A stretch of 64,000 nucleotides of DNA from Spirochaetales bacterium (GCA_046538735.1 JBKHII010000014.1:291-64290), one strand, 5' to 3'. Numbered from the stretch's first letter, positions 1 through 10,606 are shown. Numbers and translations are program-made. Notes: generated by a model from the sequence alone, not told the origin.

Positions 1-83
1 TCCGGATCATGTCGATCGCGGGGCGTAAGCTCAGCGGCTCGTAGGAATTGACGCGCCCACGAGCCGGAGCGTACTGTCGAAGT

Positions 84-485
84 ATGGATGCTTCGATCGG
101 CGGTGCGATTCGTACGCTCGCCTGGTACAACCGGCCGGCGAACGAGTCACTCGGGTCAATCCTCTCCGAGCACGAAGCGCTCGCCATGCTGCCGGACACG
201 ACGTGGTACGGCTCGGTGCTCGCATTGCTCTGCCACATCGCGATCTCCGATACCGTCTGGCTCAATCGGACGTGGCCCGCGAGTGTCGCTCGACCGTCCC
301 GGCTCGATCTCCGGTTCGATACGGTCGGCGAGCGCGTTCGGCAGCCGCGTTGGCAGCTCCTCCTCCACATGTTCAATCACGAGACGCACCACCGAGGTGC
401 GATCTCGCAGTTCCTGGACGAGCACGACGTGGCCAACGACTACTCGAATCTCGTCTACTACCTGCGAGACGACCAACGGTCGTGA
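84..485 (+). CDS. DinB/YfiT-like four-helix-bundle protein
   Basis: ORF 48..485 opens at an alternative TTG; the first ATG is at 84. The His-rich C-terminal motif HMFNHETHHRGAIS and the N-terminal LAWYN segment are typical of the DinB family. The protein looks shorter than usual. Confidence 0.55.
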   Translation: MDASIGGAIRTLAWYNRPANESLGSILSEHEALAMLPDTTWYGSVLALLCHIAISDTVWLNRTWPASVARPSRLDLRFDTVGERVRQPRWQLLLHMFNHETHHRGAISQFLDEHDVANDYSNLVYYLRDDQRS

Positions 486-494
486 GGGGGAGCT

Positions 495-1463
495 ATGATC
501 ATCTGCATTGGAGAGTCGCTCGTCGACTTCATTCCGGTTGACGAGGACTACCGTGCCGCCCCCGCGCACGGCGAGACGGGTTCCTCGGCGCTGCCGGTCT
601 ACCGGCCGATCGCGGGAGGGTGTCCGTTCAACTGCGCCGTCTCGGCGGCACGGCTGGACGGCGAAGTCGCGTTCGTGGGCACGGTATCGCGCGACTTCTT
701 CGGTGATCAGATCGTTGAGCGACTCGTCGCCAACCGTGTGGACGTCTCCATGATCACCCGTGTTCCCAACCCTACGACGCTTGCCTTCGTGAAGAAGGAT
801 ACCGACGGTTCGGTTCGCTACGCGTTCTTCGCGAACGAGACCGCCGATCGTGCGCTGACGCGCGACCGCATCTCAGCGTCCCTGCCGACCGGTGCGATTC
901 TCCAGTTCGGGTCAATCTCGCTCATCCCCGATCCCGAGGGTTCCGCGATCCTCGAGCTCGCCGGGCGCGAGCGCGGCACTCGTGTGATCGCGTTCGATCC
1001 GAACGTGCGCCCCAACCTCGTCCACGACGAAGCCGAGTACCGTTCACGGGTGGATCGCGCGCTCAGGGCGGCGACGCTGCTCAAGACGAGCGACGAGGAT
1101 CTTGCCTGGATCTACCCCGAGCTCTCGATCGAGGACGCCGCGAAGCGCGTGCTGGAGATGGGTGCCGGACTCGTCATCGTGACGAGCGGAGCACGCGGCA
1201 GCACCGCGTACACGGAGAGCCTGACGGTGGCGATCACGGCGGAGGAGGTTGAGGTCTCGGACACGATCGGCGCCGGCGATTCCTTTCTCGCGGCGCTCCT
1301 CGTGTGGATGGAAGAGCGGCGGGTCACCGCGCCCATCGCCGTGGGCGGTCTCTCCGCGGGCGAGCTCCGCGAGATGCTCGGCTTTGCCTCGCGCGTCGCG
1401 GCGGTCACGTGCACCCGCGTGGGGGCAGACCCACCGTACCGGGACGAAGTCGGCCCGCTGTAG
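495..1463 (+). CDS. PfkB-family carbohydrate kinase (fructokinase-like)
   Basis: N-terminal MIICIGESLVDFIP and C-terminal DTIGAGDSFLAALL (PfkB signature 2). GAGGGGGA Shine-Dalgarno upstream of the ATG. Confidence 0.85.
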   Translation: MIICIGESLVDFIPVDEDYRAAPAHGETGSSALPVYRPIAGGCPFNCAVSAARLDGEVAFVGTVSRDFFGDQIVERLVANRVDVSMITRVPNPTTLAFVKKDTDGSVRYAFFANETADRALTRDRISASLPTGAILQFGSISLIPDPEGSAILELAGRERGTRVIAFDPNVRPNLVHDEAEYRSRVDRALRAATLLKTSDEDLAWIYPELSIEDAAKRVLEMGAGLVIVTSGARGSTAYTESLTVAITAEEVEVSDTIGAGDSFLAALLVWMEERRVTAPIAVGGLSAGELREMLGFASRVAAVTCTRVGADPPYRDEVGPL

Positions 1464-1513
1464 GTGTCACCGACCCTGCAGATGACCCAGCATCGGTCGC
1501 CCGGGGGGCAGGG

Positions 1514-3217
1514 CTACTCCTCGGACGGACGACTCGTCAGCAGCTCGGTGACGTCCACTCCGCGCAGTACGGCCGCGTCCACGTACGCGAGGAAGAGCTG
1601 CGATCTGAGGTCGGCGAGCCGACTCACCCCCGCGGCGATCGCCACCCTGATCTCCTCAATACGGAGCTCGGTCGAGGCGCCGATGTCGCGAAGCCCCAGC
1701 TCGGATTCCAGCTGATCCCGATCGAACTCGAGCTCGAACTCCACGAGGTCGATCCGCCCTTCAATCGTCCGGATGCGCTGCGCTCGGATCGCAGCCTCCG
1801 TGTCGCGATCCCGGGCTGCCCGCTCGAGGTCGCGCTCGGCGAGCTCTACGGCATACCCGGCCTGAACGATGGCCCGCGCCCGGCTCGCCTCGAGGCCGAG
1901 CGGGACCGAGAGTCCGATCGAGAGCGAGACGTCAACGCCCGCGCCCTCTCCGAAGTAGTCGGTGACCGTCCCTCCGAGCGTGTCCGGCGATTCTCGCTCG
2001 TCCGCGTAGCGCGGGATGAGCGAGAGGGCGGCGGTGCTCGTTGCACGTTCCTGCTTCCGAGCGAGACGGAGGTCCGCCCGGGCTCGCTCCAGGGCGAGGA
2101 GCGCGGTACGTTCCTCGAGCGTAGGTGCCGGGCTCACGGATGCAAGATCGGCGGTCGGCGCGCCGGCCCACGCGTCCGCGTTCTCGAGCTCGGTCCGTTC
2201 CGCGATCGCGGCGCCGGTGAGGCGTCCGAGCTCGATCTCGATCTCCCGTGCGGCGAGCTCGGTCTGGAGGATCGACTCCTCGACTCGGCCGAGTTGTACC
2301 TGGAGCGTGAAGATCTGCTGCCTCGATCCCTGCCCCTGTTCCTCGCGGATGCGTGCCTGGTCGAGTTGAAGCTCCAGGAGCCGTTGCTGCGCGCGCTGAG
2401 TCCCCACGGATCGCCGGAGCGTACCAAGCTGCGCGTAGAGCGAGATCACCGTCGTCGTGAGCCGGCGACGGATCTGCTCCTCCACGAGCTGAGACTCATC
2501 CACGCCGCGAAGCGCCTGCTCGAGGACGAGTCGCGGTTCCTCGGTGTCCAGGAAGCGGCCGTCCACGAAGAGCGGCTGGGAGAGCGCGAACGAAAGGGCG
2601 GGTCGAAGCGAGTAGCTCGTGGATGTGTCGTCGTGAAACGTCGTCGTCACGGCGAACGATGTGCTCACGCCGGCCGAGAGTCTTCCGGCCGAGGGAAGCG
2701 GCTGCACGACGTCCAGCGAGACGCCGGTCGAGTTCGTGAGTGAGGTGACCGGGGAGGGCGGAAAATCGGCCACGCTCGTGATGTCTGCGAAGTTCGCTCC
2801 GCGTTGCGTCGCGAGCGAGTAGAGCGGGTCAGCCGCGAGTGTGAACCGAGGCTCGGTGCTCTCGCGAACGGAGTCGACCGAGGTCGCGGCGATCGAGGTG
2901 CGGATTCGGCTCTGCTCGATGTCGATGCTCGTCTCGAGGGCGCGCGAGATCGCGTCCGAGAGCGTGAGTCGGTCAAGCGGTGCCGGGCTCCGGGCGAGCG
3001 CGGGCGAGGTGGAGTCCTGGGCGAACACCGGCGCGAGCGAGGAGAGAACAAGCGCGACGAGAGCGGCGGTGCGCGCGCCTCCTGGAGCGCTGACGCGCAC
3101 CCGTCCGGACGTGGGGCCACTCGGCGCGGATGCGAGGGCGGCTGGTGCGGCGGAGCCGCGCGAGTGAACCGTCGGCATGACTCCGGCTGTGTGCTTCTCG
3201 AATTGGTGGTGCCTCAT
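1514..3217 (-). CDS. Outer membrane efflux protein (TolC-like OMF)
   Basis: Signal-like ALVALVLSSLAPVFAQ. Two long Ala/Leu/Arg/Glu-rich coiled-coil repeats typical of the OMF family. The ATG at 3217 forms an ATGA overlap with the RND stop. Last gene of the efflux operon. Confidence 0.8.
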   Translation of the reverse strand: MRHHQFEKHTAGVMPTVHSRGSAAPAALASAPSGPTSGRVRVSAPGGARTAALVALVLSSLAPVFAQDSTSPALARSPAPLDRLTLSDAISRALETSIDIEQSRIRTSIAATSVDSVRESTEPRFTLAADPLYSLATQRGANFADITSVADFPPSPVTSLTNSTGVSLDVVQPLPSAGRLSAGVSTSFAVTTTFHDDTSTSYSLRPALSFALSQPLFVDGRFLDTEEPRLVLEQALRGVDESQLVEEQIRRRLTTTVISLYAQLGTLRRSVGTQRAQQRLLELQLDQARIREEQGQGSRQQIFTLQVQLGRVEESILQTELAAREIEIELGRLTGAAIAERTELENADAWAGAPTADLASVSPAPTLEERTALLALERARADLRLARKQERATSTAALSLIPRYADERESPDTLGGTVTDYFGEGAGVDVSLSIGLSVPLGLEASRARAIVQAGYAVELAERDLERAARDRDTEAAIRAQRIRTIEGRIDLVEFELEFDRDQLESELGLRDIGASTELRIEEIRVAIAAGVSRLADLRSQLFLAYVDAAVLRGVDVTELLTSRPSEE

Positions 3218-6200
3218 CAGTCGTTTCCTCCGCTGTACGCCTCGGTCCACTCGGGCTCGTTCGCAGGCGCGGTGGCCGGAACGCGGTTCTTCGCGCGGTC
3301 GTAGAGCAGCCCGTAGATCGAGGGCACGACCACGAGCGCGGTGATGGTGGAGAAGAGCAGTCCGAAAATGATCGTGCTCGCCATGGGGCCCCAGATGACG
3401 GAGGTGCCGCCGATGCCGATCGCGGTCGGGAGAAGCCCGGCGATCGTCGTGATCGAGGTGAGCAGGATCGGGCGCAGTCGCGTGGACGTGCCTTCCACCA
3501 CCGCGTCCGCGACCGACGCGCCTTCCTTTCGCCTGTCGTTGACGAACGACACCAGTACGATCGTGTCGTTCACCGCGATTCCCGCGAGCGCGACCGAGGC
3601 GTAGATCACCGTGGTCGAAAGCGGGGTACCCGAGACGACGAGGAAGAGAATCACTCCCACGAAAGCGAACGGTATCGAGAGGAGAATCAGGAGCGGTTGC
3701 GTATACGAGTTGAACTGCGTACCGAGGATCAGGTAGATCAGCAGGATCCCGAGCACGAAGATGCGGAGGATCTCCACGAGCAGATTGGTGAGCTCGGCGA
3801 ACTCGCCGCCGACGCCGAGGGTGACGCCCGGGAACTGCGGTTGGTAGGTCTCCGCGAAGAGCGTTTCGATCTCCTCGTTGATCGCGGCAAGGTTACTCTC
3901 GTCGTACGCCTCGGCCTCGATGGTTACCTCGCGTTTACCGTCGAGGCGCCTGATCGAGGCGAGGGCGTCCGCCTCGTCCAGGCGGGCGATCGTGGAGAAG
4001 GGGATGAGTCGACCGTCGTTCGTGGGGATCTTCATCTGATTGATCTCGCCTGTGGTCGCCTGCTCGGTGCCGGCGTAGCGAACCACGACGTCGAGCTCCT
4101 CGTTCTCCACGAACACCGTGGAGGCGGGGATGCCGTCGAAGGTCGTGCGGATAAACTCGCCGACCGCCTGCGCGGAGAGGCCGAGCGCCGCGGCACGCTC
4201 CTCGTCCACCATGACACGAAGCTCGGGGGTTCCCGAATCGAGGTTGCTGTCCACGTTGAAGAGCTCGGGGTAGGTCCGGAGTCGGTCGACGATCCCGTTC
4301 GCGACGACCGAGAGCTCCTCGTAGTCGTCGCCGAAGATGCGGAAGCTGACCGGAGGGTCGGTGGGCGGGCCGTTCGTGGCTCTGCGGAACTGCACCGAGT
4401 CGGGGCCGGAGATGTCGCGGGTCTCCGACTGAACGTCCGCCATGATCTCGGTGATGCTCCGGGTCCGGCCTTCGTTCTGCTCGGTAAGGTCCACGACGAG
4501 CTGCGCGACGCTGCTGCGGTTCACGGTCTCGGCGTTCTGTTGGGAGAATCCCACCGATGAGTTCACCGAAACGATCTCTCCGTCTCCCACTCGGCGAAGG
4601 ATCCGTTGCTCGTACTGCGCGACGACGTCGTTCGTCCGTTCGCGCGTGGTCCCGGGAGGCATCTCGAGCTCGACATAGAAGAGCGTGAAGTCCTCGGCGC
4701 TGAAGAGATCCTGCCGGATGAAGGGCACGAGCGCGAAGGTGCCGATGAGGACGACGGCCATGATCGCAATCGTCAGGCCTCGGAACCGGTACGCTGCGCG
4801 CGTGAACCGCTCGAAGCCGCGCTGGATCGTGTCGAAGAACGCGCGTTTCGGCTCACGGTTTCCGCCCGGCCAGTCCGCGAAGTGCGACGGCAGGAAGAAT
4901 GCGGCCTCGAAAGTGGATGCGATGAGCGCGATCGCGACGGTGAGCGGCACGACGCGAAGGAAAAGCCCGATCACGCCGGGCAGCAGTGTGAGCGGGAGGA
5001 AGGCTGCGACCGTGGTGAGCGTCGCGGCAATCACCGGGACGATGACCTCCTGCGTGCCCTTGATCGCGGCCTCGTGCTTGGAGAGTCCCATCTGGCGATA
5101 GCGGAAGCTGTTCTCCACGATCACGATGGCGTGGTCCACGATCAGGCCGAGCACGAGCACGAGTCCGAAGAGCGTGTTGCTGTTGAGCGTCTCTCCGAGG
5201 AGCTCGAGCACCACGAAGGTAATCGCGAAGGTGATTGGTATGCCGAGCGCGGTCATGACGGCGTTCCTGATCCCCACGAAGAGGAAAAGGATGCCCACGA
5301 GCAGGACGAGTCCGATGAGCGCGTTGTTGACGAGGACATCGATGCTGTCGCGGATCTGGACCGTGGAATCGTTCGAGAGGCTGAACTCGAGCGTGGGGTC
5401 GGCGGATGCTCCGACCGTCTCGACTTCCTCCCGAACCGCTTCGATCACGCCGACGGAGCTGCCGCGCGGCACCTTGCTCACGCGGAGCGTCACCGCCTGT
5501 TCGCCGTTGAACCGGCTCAGGGGTGTGCTGTCGTCGAAGGTGAGGTCGACGGTTGCTGCGTCCGCGAGCCGCACGATGCCGGTGGACGTACGCCGCACGA
5601 CGATCCCGCGGAACTCCTCCACCTGCTCGAGCGAGCCGACCGTGCGCAGGAGATACTCGCGCCCCGCCGCGTCCACGGTGCCTCCCGGGATCGTCACGTT
5701 TCTCCCCTGGACCGCGCGGACGATCTCGCCGATGCCGATCCCGAGCGCCTCCATCCGCTCCTGCCGTGCCGAAATGGTGATCTCCCGCTCACGCGCTCCA
5801 ATGAGATCCACGCCGGAGACGTCCGCCCGTTGCTCGATTCGCGAGGCGAGGTCGCGCGCCGTCTCGTCCAGCAGCGCGAAGTCGCTCGTTCCGTGGAGCA
5901 CTACCTCCACGACCGGTAGGAAGTCGTTGGACGAGAAGTCGTCGATGGTCGCCTGGAGCGTTCCCGAAGGCAGATCGACGTTTGTGAACCGATTCTGCAC
6001 CTCCTGGAACGAACGGGCAAACTCGTCGTTCGCGAGTCCGTCGTCGAACTCCAACGTGACGATCGTCAGGCCCTCACTCGTTTCCGAGCGGATGGTCTCC
6101 AGGTTCTCGATTCCACCCATCTCTCGCTCGATAGGGACTGTCACGCTCTGCTCCACGTCCTCCGCCGAGACGCCGGGATACGGTACGATGATGTTCACAA

Positions 6201-6330
6201 AGAAGAGCGGCACCTCGGAGAACTGCTCCTGAGGAAGACGGGTCAGACTGAAGGCGCCGAGTGCGAGCACCGCAAACATCAGGATGTTCACGAGTACCGG
6301 GTTCTTGACGGAGAGCTTTGCGATGTTCAT
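3217..6330 (-). CDS. RND efflux transporter permease (AcrB/HAE family)
   Basis: 1037 aa with an AcrB-like N-terminus MNIAKLSVKNPVLVNILMF, two large periplasmic loops and 12 TM segments. ATGA overlap with the upstream MFP gene. Confidence 0.95.
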   Translation of the reverse strand: MNIAKLSVKNPVLVNILMFAVLALGAFSLTRLPQEQFSEVPLFFVNIIVPYPGVSAEDVEQSVTVPIEREMGGIENLETIRSETSEGLTIVTLEFDDGLANDEFARSFQEVQNRFTNVDLPSGTLQATIDDFSSNDFLPVVEVVLHGTSDFALLDETARDLASRIEQRADVSGVDLIGAREREITISARQERMEALGIGIGEIVRAVQGRNVTIPGGTVDAAGREYLLRTVGSLEQVEEFRGIVVRRTSTGIVRLADAATVDLTFDDSTPLSRFNGEQAVTLRVSKVPRGSSVGVIEAVREEVETVGASADPTLEFSLSNDSTVQIRDSIDVLVNNALIGLVLLVGILFLFVGIRNAVMTALGIPITFAITFVVLELLGETLNSNTLFGLVLVLGLIVDHAIVIVENSFRYRQMGLSKHEAAIKGTQEVIVPVIAATLTTVAAFLPLTLLPGVIGLFLRVVPLTVAIALIASTFEAAFFLPSHFADWPGGNREPKRAFFDTIQRGFERFTRAAYRFRGLTIAIMAVVLIGTFALVPFIRQDLFSAEDFTLFYVELEMPPGTTRERTNDVVAQYEQRILRRVGDGEIVSVNSSVGFSQQNAETVNRSSVAQLVVDLTEQNEGRTRSITEIMADVQSETRDISGPDSVQFRRATNGPPTDPPVSFRIFGDDYEELSVVANGIVDRLRTYPELFNVDSNLDSGTPELRVMVDEERAAALGLSAQAVGEFIRTTFDGIPASTVFVENEELDVVVRYAGTEQATTGEINQMKIPTNDGRLIPFSTIARLDEADALASIRRLDGKREVTIEAEAYDESNLAAINEEIETLFAETYQPQFPGVTLGVGGEFAELTNLLVEILRIFVLGILLIYLILGTQFNSYTQPLLILLSIPFAFVGVILFLVVSGTPLSTTVIYASVALAGIAVNDTIVLVSFVNDRRKEGASVADAVVEGTSTRLRPILLTSITTIAGLLPTAIGIGGTSVIWGPMASTIIFGLLFSTITALVVVPSIYGLLYDRAKNRVPATAPANEPEWTEAYSGGND

Positions 6331-7445
6331 GGGGACTCCTGCGCGAAGCCGCCCGGAGTCGATACGGTGACGGCGCTGCCGTCTGCGATCGTGCCGAGAC
6401 CCGTCACGATCACGCGCTCACCGATCGTGAGTCCGGCGGTCACCGCGACGCGTTCTCCCACGCGCTCCCCGGTGGCAACCGCCCGCCGCTCGGCCCGGCC
6501 GTCCTCCGTGGCGACGAAGAGGTAGCTCTCATCTCCTGCCTGCTGAACGGCTCTCGCGGGCACGAGGATCGCTCGCGGAGAGCCGCTCGGCGGGATACGG
6601 ACCGTTGCAGACAGCCCGGATCGCGCCCTGGAGCCGAGCCGGTTCGTCCACCGAACGATGACCGGGAAGCTGCCGGTGTTCGCATCGCTTCCCGCCGCGA
6701 TCGCGTGGACGTACGCCGGTATCTCGCGCTCTCCAGCCGCGGCAAAGGAGACGTACGCGGGCGAGCCGGCCGCAACGTACTGGATCTCACGTTCTCCGAG
6801 CGAAACAACGGTTTCCAGCTCGCTCAGGTCAACGATGCGCGCCACCGGCGAGCCCGGGGTGAGTTGGTTTCCCACCTGGACGAGCCGCTCCTTGCTCGCG
6901 ACGAGCCCGGAGATCGGCGCTTCGATCCGGCGGTCGGCGAGCGCTTTCTCCGCCTGGGCGAGGCGAGATCGGGCGCCGGCAAGCGTGCTCCGTGCGGTAG
7001 AGAGCTGCGTCTGCGACGCATTGCCGCTTCCCACGAGCCGTTCGGTCGAGGCGAGATCGAGCTCGGCCGAGGCCAGACTCTCTCGAGCCTCGTCTACGGT
7101 GAGTGCCTGGATCGTCTCGTCCATCGCGACGAGGAGGTCGCCTTGCTCGACCGCCTGTCCGAGCGTGAAGCTCACTTCCCGTACGATGCCCTGCGTCTCG
7201 GAGACGACGGTGATCTCGCTCGCTCCGCGGATGAGCCCGCTCGCGACGATGTCACCCACGAGCGTCTGCTGCTTAGCGACGATCGCTTCCACCGCGAGCG
7301 GATCGTTCGCCCCCATCCGCTCCATCGCGGCATCGGCGGTTGCCGTGCTCGCTGCGTCCGGAGATTGCTCGCAACTCACAGCAACGACCGTCATGGCCGC
7401 GACCATTGATAGCCCAATATGTCTAACAACGCCAGACCTACGCAT
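6327..7445 (-). CDS. RND efflux periplasmic adaptor (HlyD/MFP family), probable lipoprotein
   Basis: N-terminal hydrophobic segment ending in VAVSC. Has a coiled-coil hairpin and barrel-sandwich motifs (ISGLV, VNQLTPGSPVARIVD). First gene of the MFP-RND-OMF operon. Confidence 0.85.
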   Translation of the reverse strand: MRRSGVVRHIGLSMVAAMTVVAVSCEQSPDAASTATADAAMERMGANDPLAVEAIVAKQQTLVGDIVASGLIRGASEITVVSETQGIVREVSFTLGQAVEQGDLLVAMDETIQALTVDEARESLASAELDLASTERLVGSGNASQTQLSTARSTLAGARSRLAQAEKALADRRIEAPISGLVASKERLVQVGNQLTPGSPVARIVDLSELETVVSLGEREIQYVAAGSPAYVSFAAAGEREIPAYVHAIAAGSDANTGSFPVIVRWTNRLGSRARSGLSATVRIPPSGSPRAILVPARAVQQAGDESYLFVATEDGRAERRAVATGERVGERVAVTAGLTIGERVIVTGLGTIADGSAVTVSTPGGFAQESP

Positions 7446-7714
7446 CGATCCCCCTTTACCGGTCGAATGTAACTATGGATTGTTGGAGGGAAAAGAGAAA
7501 TCTACCTAGACTTCGGTAGTTTGCTGCCGGGTTTCGAAAATGTCAGGAAGCGTGCAGGTCGGACCGTCGTAACCCACGATCGCAGCGGCAGATGACATGG
7601 TACCGCTGCGCGTCCTTCATGCAGCGCCACAAATTGCGTCCGGTCCGCGAGTTCCGAGCGATCGACCTGCAGGGTCAGTGACATTCTCCAAGTGCGGATG
7701 AGTCGCAGGTGCGG

Positions 7715-9379
7715 CTACAGGTACGCTGCCGCCGCGAAGAGCCCGAGGCCGAGGACGAAGAAGAGGAGTACCGTGCGGAGCTCGGGCGCAAGGCGTTCCA
7801 CGCGGTGCGCGACCCGTTTCCCGGCGGAGCTTGCGGCGACGGAATAGAGCGCGACGCCGAGCACGAGGATCGGGAGCGCGTCCAGCAGTTTCCCGGTCGA
7901 GAAGAAGGTCTGCGGCAGGCCCGCGTCGACCGCGTGACCCGCGACCGCGGACACCGAGGAGCCGGAGAGCAGTCGCGAGAGCGCGAGCGAGACGGGCCGC
8001 GCGAAGACGCCGGTCGCAAGGCAGGCGATCGCGAGCGCAAGGACCGGGACGTGGACGAGGAATCCGGGTCCCGGTGCGTGGGTGAGACGTTCTCCCTTTG
8101 GACCGGGCATTACGATTCGCGAGATCTTGATGAACGATGCGGTCGTGCCGATCGCCGTGATCCAGAGGAGCGCGTACGCCGGTGAGCCCTTGAGCGCGGC
8201 CGAGATGAGCTGTTTGCTGGCGAACCCGTTGAACGGTGGGATGCCTGCGATCGAGAACGCCCCGATGAGGAAGGCGAGCGAGAGGAGGGGGGCGCGTCGG
8301 CCTATCGGCGTCATCTTGTAGAGGTCGCGCTCGCCCGTCATCCGGATTGCGGTTCCGGCGACGATGAAGAGCAGGCTCTTGAAGAGTGCGTGGTGCATCG
8401 CGTGCGAGAAGGCGGCGACGCTCGAGATCGCGCCGGCGGCGCCGAACGCCGCGAGCACGTAGCCCATCTGCGAGATCGAGTGATAGGCGAGGAGCCGTTT
8501 CGCGTCTCGCTGGGCGAGCGCCCAGACGACTGCGAGGATCGCGGTGGCGGCGCCGATCCAGAGCAGGAGGTCGTTGAGGTAGTCGGCGTTGAAGGTGACC
8601 ACGATTCGCATCATCGCGAAGAACGAGACCTTGATGAGCACACCCGAGAGCAAGGCGCTGATCGGGTGCGGCGCGTACGCGTGCGCTTCCGGTAGCCACG
8701 TGTGAAAGGGGATGAACGCAGTGCGTACGCCGATGCCCACGCAGAGTGCCGCGACGGCGAAATGGATGCTCCTGGTCTCCGCGAGCGAGCCGGCGGCGAC
8801 TGCGTGCGCGATCCGATCCAGCGAGAGCATGCCGAAGTCGCGATAGACGATGAAGACACCGAACAGGAAGAAGAGGATGCCGACGGAGCTCAGCATGAGA
8901 TACTTGAAGCCGGCAAGGAGTCCCTCATCGGTTCGGTCGAAGGCGATCAGCACGTACGCCGAGATCGCCACGATCTCGAAGCCCACGAACATCGTGAAGA
9001 TGTCGCCGGTGAGAACGACGAGCTGCATACCCGCGACGAGCAGCATCAGGAAGAAGAAGTAGCGCGCGCGGTAGCGGCCCACGGTGAGTGAGGCGAGGGC
9101 GACCATCGAAGAGATGCCCACGATGAGTGCGGAGCCGAGCCACGCGAAAACGTCCAGATAGAGCGCGATTCCGACCGGCTCCCGCCATCCGCCCATCTCG
9201 TAGACCAATCGGCCGCCGTCCGTGACCAGCGGGTAAGAATACACCACGATCGCCGCCATTCCGAGAAGCGGTAGGGCGGAGACGATGGAGAAGGCGAGCT
9301 CCGCCTTCGCGAGCTTCCCGAAGAGCGCGATGAGCGCTCCGGCGAACGGCAGAACGACGAGCAGGACGACGCTATTCAT
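7715..9379 (-). CDS. mnhD: Mrp/Mnh antiporter subunit D (NuoN/NuoL-like proton-conducting subunit)
   Basis: The ORF extends to 9451, but MNSVVLLVVLPFAG begins at the ATG at 9379 (ATGAATAG overlap with the mnhC stop). Polytopic, with the TWLPEAH and FKSLLF motifs of the NuoL/M/N family. Confidence 0.85.
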   Translation of the reverse strand: MNSVVLLVVLPFAGALIALFGKLAKAELAFSIVSALPLLGMAAIVVYSYPLVTDGGRLVYEMGGWREPVGIALYLDVFAWLGSALIVGISSMVALASLTVGRYRARYFFFLMLLVAGMQLVVLTGDIFTMFVGFEIVAISAYVLIAFDRTDEGLLAGFKYLMLSSVGILFFLFGVFIVYRDFGMLSLDRIAHAVAAGSLAETRSIHFAVAALCVGIGVRTAFIPFHTWLPEAHAYAPHPISALLSGVLIKVSFFAMMRIVVTFNADYLNDLLLWIGAATAILAVVWALAQRDAKRLLAYHSISQMGYVLAAFGAAGAISSVAAFSHAMHHALFKSLLFIVAGTAIRMTGERDLYKMTPIGRRAPLLSLAFLIGAFSIAGIPPFNGFASKQLISAALKGSPAYALLWITAIGTTASFIKISRIVMPGPKGERLTHAPGPGFLVHVPVLALAIACLATGVFARPVSLALSRLLSGSSVSAVAGHAVDAGLPQTFFSTGKLLDALPILVLGVALYSVAASSAGKRVAHRVERLAPELRTVLLFFVLGLGLFAAAAYL

Positions 9380-9713
9380 CGGCCTTCCAGACCGCTCGTT
9401 CGATCTCTCGCATGTCGAGCGTCCCGTAGCGGCGATAGAGCCGGTAGACAAGCGCGAGCGCGAGTGTGATCACGCAGATACCCACCACGATTGCCGTGAG
9501 CATGAGCGCCTGCGGCAGCGGGTCCACCGGTCGCACCGTCTCCTCGGTTAGGATCGGCGCGGTTTCGCCCGAGAGCGAGCCGAAGTAGATGAAGAAGAGG
9601 ATGATCGCCGAATTCGCGATGCTGAGCGCGACGACCTTCTTGATCATGTTCGGAAGCGCGATCACTCCCCAGAGCCCCACGAGGAAGATCGCGCCGATCA
9701 GGTACCAGCTCAT
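9372..9713 (-). CDS. mnhC: Mrp/Mnh antiporter subunit C (NuoK-like)
   Basis: 113 aa, three TM segments, N-terminus MSWYLIGAIFLVGLWGV. ATGA overlap with the upstream gene. Confidence 0.85.
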   Translation of the reverse strand: MSWYLIGAIFLVGLWGVIALPNMIKKVVALSIANSAIILFFIYFGSLSGETAPILTEETVRPVDPLPQALMLTAIVVGICVITLALALVYRLYRRYGTLDMREIERAVWKADE

Positions 9714-10132
9714 TCCGCCTCCCCGAAGAGATAGAGGCAGATGAGGCTGACGCCGGCGGCAACCTTCACGCCGATCAACACGTTGAGCACGAAGATGAAC
9801 GGTGTTCGAAGCAGCGGGGTATCGAGACCCACGAGGAAGTCGGCGAGGAAACCGGCTCCGATCAGGACGCCTCCGATACCCGCTGCGATCAGGAGCGCGA
9901 AGGTGATCGCTTCCGAGAGCGCCAGCGTGGTGGTGGGAAAGTAGCCGATCGCCGCGTCCGCGCCTTTTGCCATCGCGATGAGGATGATCCCCGAGGCGAT
10001 CACGACGCCGCCCTGGAACCCTCCGCCCGGCGACACGTCTCCGTAGCTGACGAGATAGAATCCGAAGAGGAACATGTACGGTGCGAGTTTCCGAGACGCG
10101 ACGTCCAGAATGTCGGTCTTCCTGGTTCTCAT
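9710..10132 (-). CDS. mnhB: Mrp/Mnh antiporter subunit B
   Basis: Contains SPGGGFQGG, matching the GH.APGGGF.GG hallmark of MrpB. 140 aa, 4 TM segments. ATGA overlaps on both sides. Confidence 0.8.
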   Translation of the reverse strand: MRTRKTDILDVASRKLAPYMFLFGFYLVSYGDVSPGGGFQGGVVIASGIILIAMAKGADAAIGYFPTTTLALSEAITFALLIAAGIGGVLIGAGFLADFLVGLDTPLLRTPFIFVLNVLIGVKVAAGVSLICLYLFGEAE

Positions 10133-10380
10133 CGCTTGTGCTCCACGAGCAGGATCACTCCTGAGACCGCGAGCAGGAGCACGATGGTCTCACCGAGCGT
10201 GTCGAAGGCGCGATAGCCCAGGTAGATCGCCGTGACGAGGTTCGCCGCTCCGGTCTCCTCCACTCCGTTCGCGACGATCTGTGCGCGAACGGTCGTCTCC
10301 GTGGGGTGCGGGCCGCTGAGTGCGAAGAAGAGGAAGGCCGCGACGATGAGCATCGCGCCGATCTCAAGTACGCGTGCCAC
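10129..10380 (-). CDS. Small membrane protein equivalent to the MrpA C-terminal MnhB-like segment (MbhE-like)
   Basis: Motif NLVTAIYLGYRAFDTLGETIVLL matches the N.V..IL.DFRGFDT motif of the MrpA C-terminus. A GTG start at 10380 is preferred over the ORF start at 10434. Start is uncertain. Confidence 0.65.
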   Translation of the reverse strand: MARVLEIGAMLIVAAFLFFALSGPHPTETTVRAQIVANGVEETGAANLVTAIYLGYRAFDTLGETIVLLLAVSGVILLVEHKR

Positions 10381-10606
10381 GATCCCTCCGCTCGGTTTTG
10401 TGGACGATCCAGATAAAGACCACGCTGCCAACACCGGTTCCGACCGCTGCCTCCGTCAGCGCGACGTCCGGCGCGCCGAGCACGAAGTAGACGAAACAGC
10501 TCAGGAGGCTGAACACCCCCACGAGGATGACCGTCGCGAGAAGGTCACGGACGACGAGCGAGAGTATCGCGAGGATCAGCATGAGCGTGAGTACGGTCTC
10601 AACCAT
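10364..10606 (-). CDS. DUF4040-type small membrane protein (MrpA C-terminal piece, MbhD-like)
   Basis: 80 aa with GAPDVALTEAAVG, the hallmark of the DUF4040 region of MrpA. Packed between mnhG and the next Mrp gene. Confidence 0.65.
   Translation of the reverse strand: MVETVLTLMLILAILSLVVRDLLATVILVGVFSLLSCFVYFVLGAPDVALTEAAVGTGVGSVVFIWIVHKTERRDRGTRT

Noticed and set aside
7581-7610. 8-bp hairpin CGCAGCGG/CCGCTGCG downstream of mnhD as the operon terminator
   Set aside because: It has a 14-nt loop and no U-tract on the transcribed strand, which is too weak to call.
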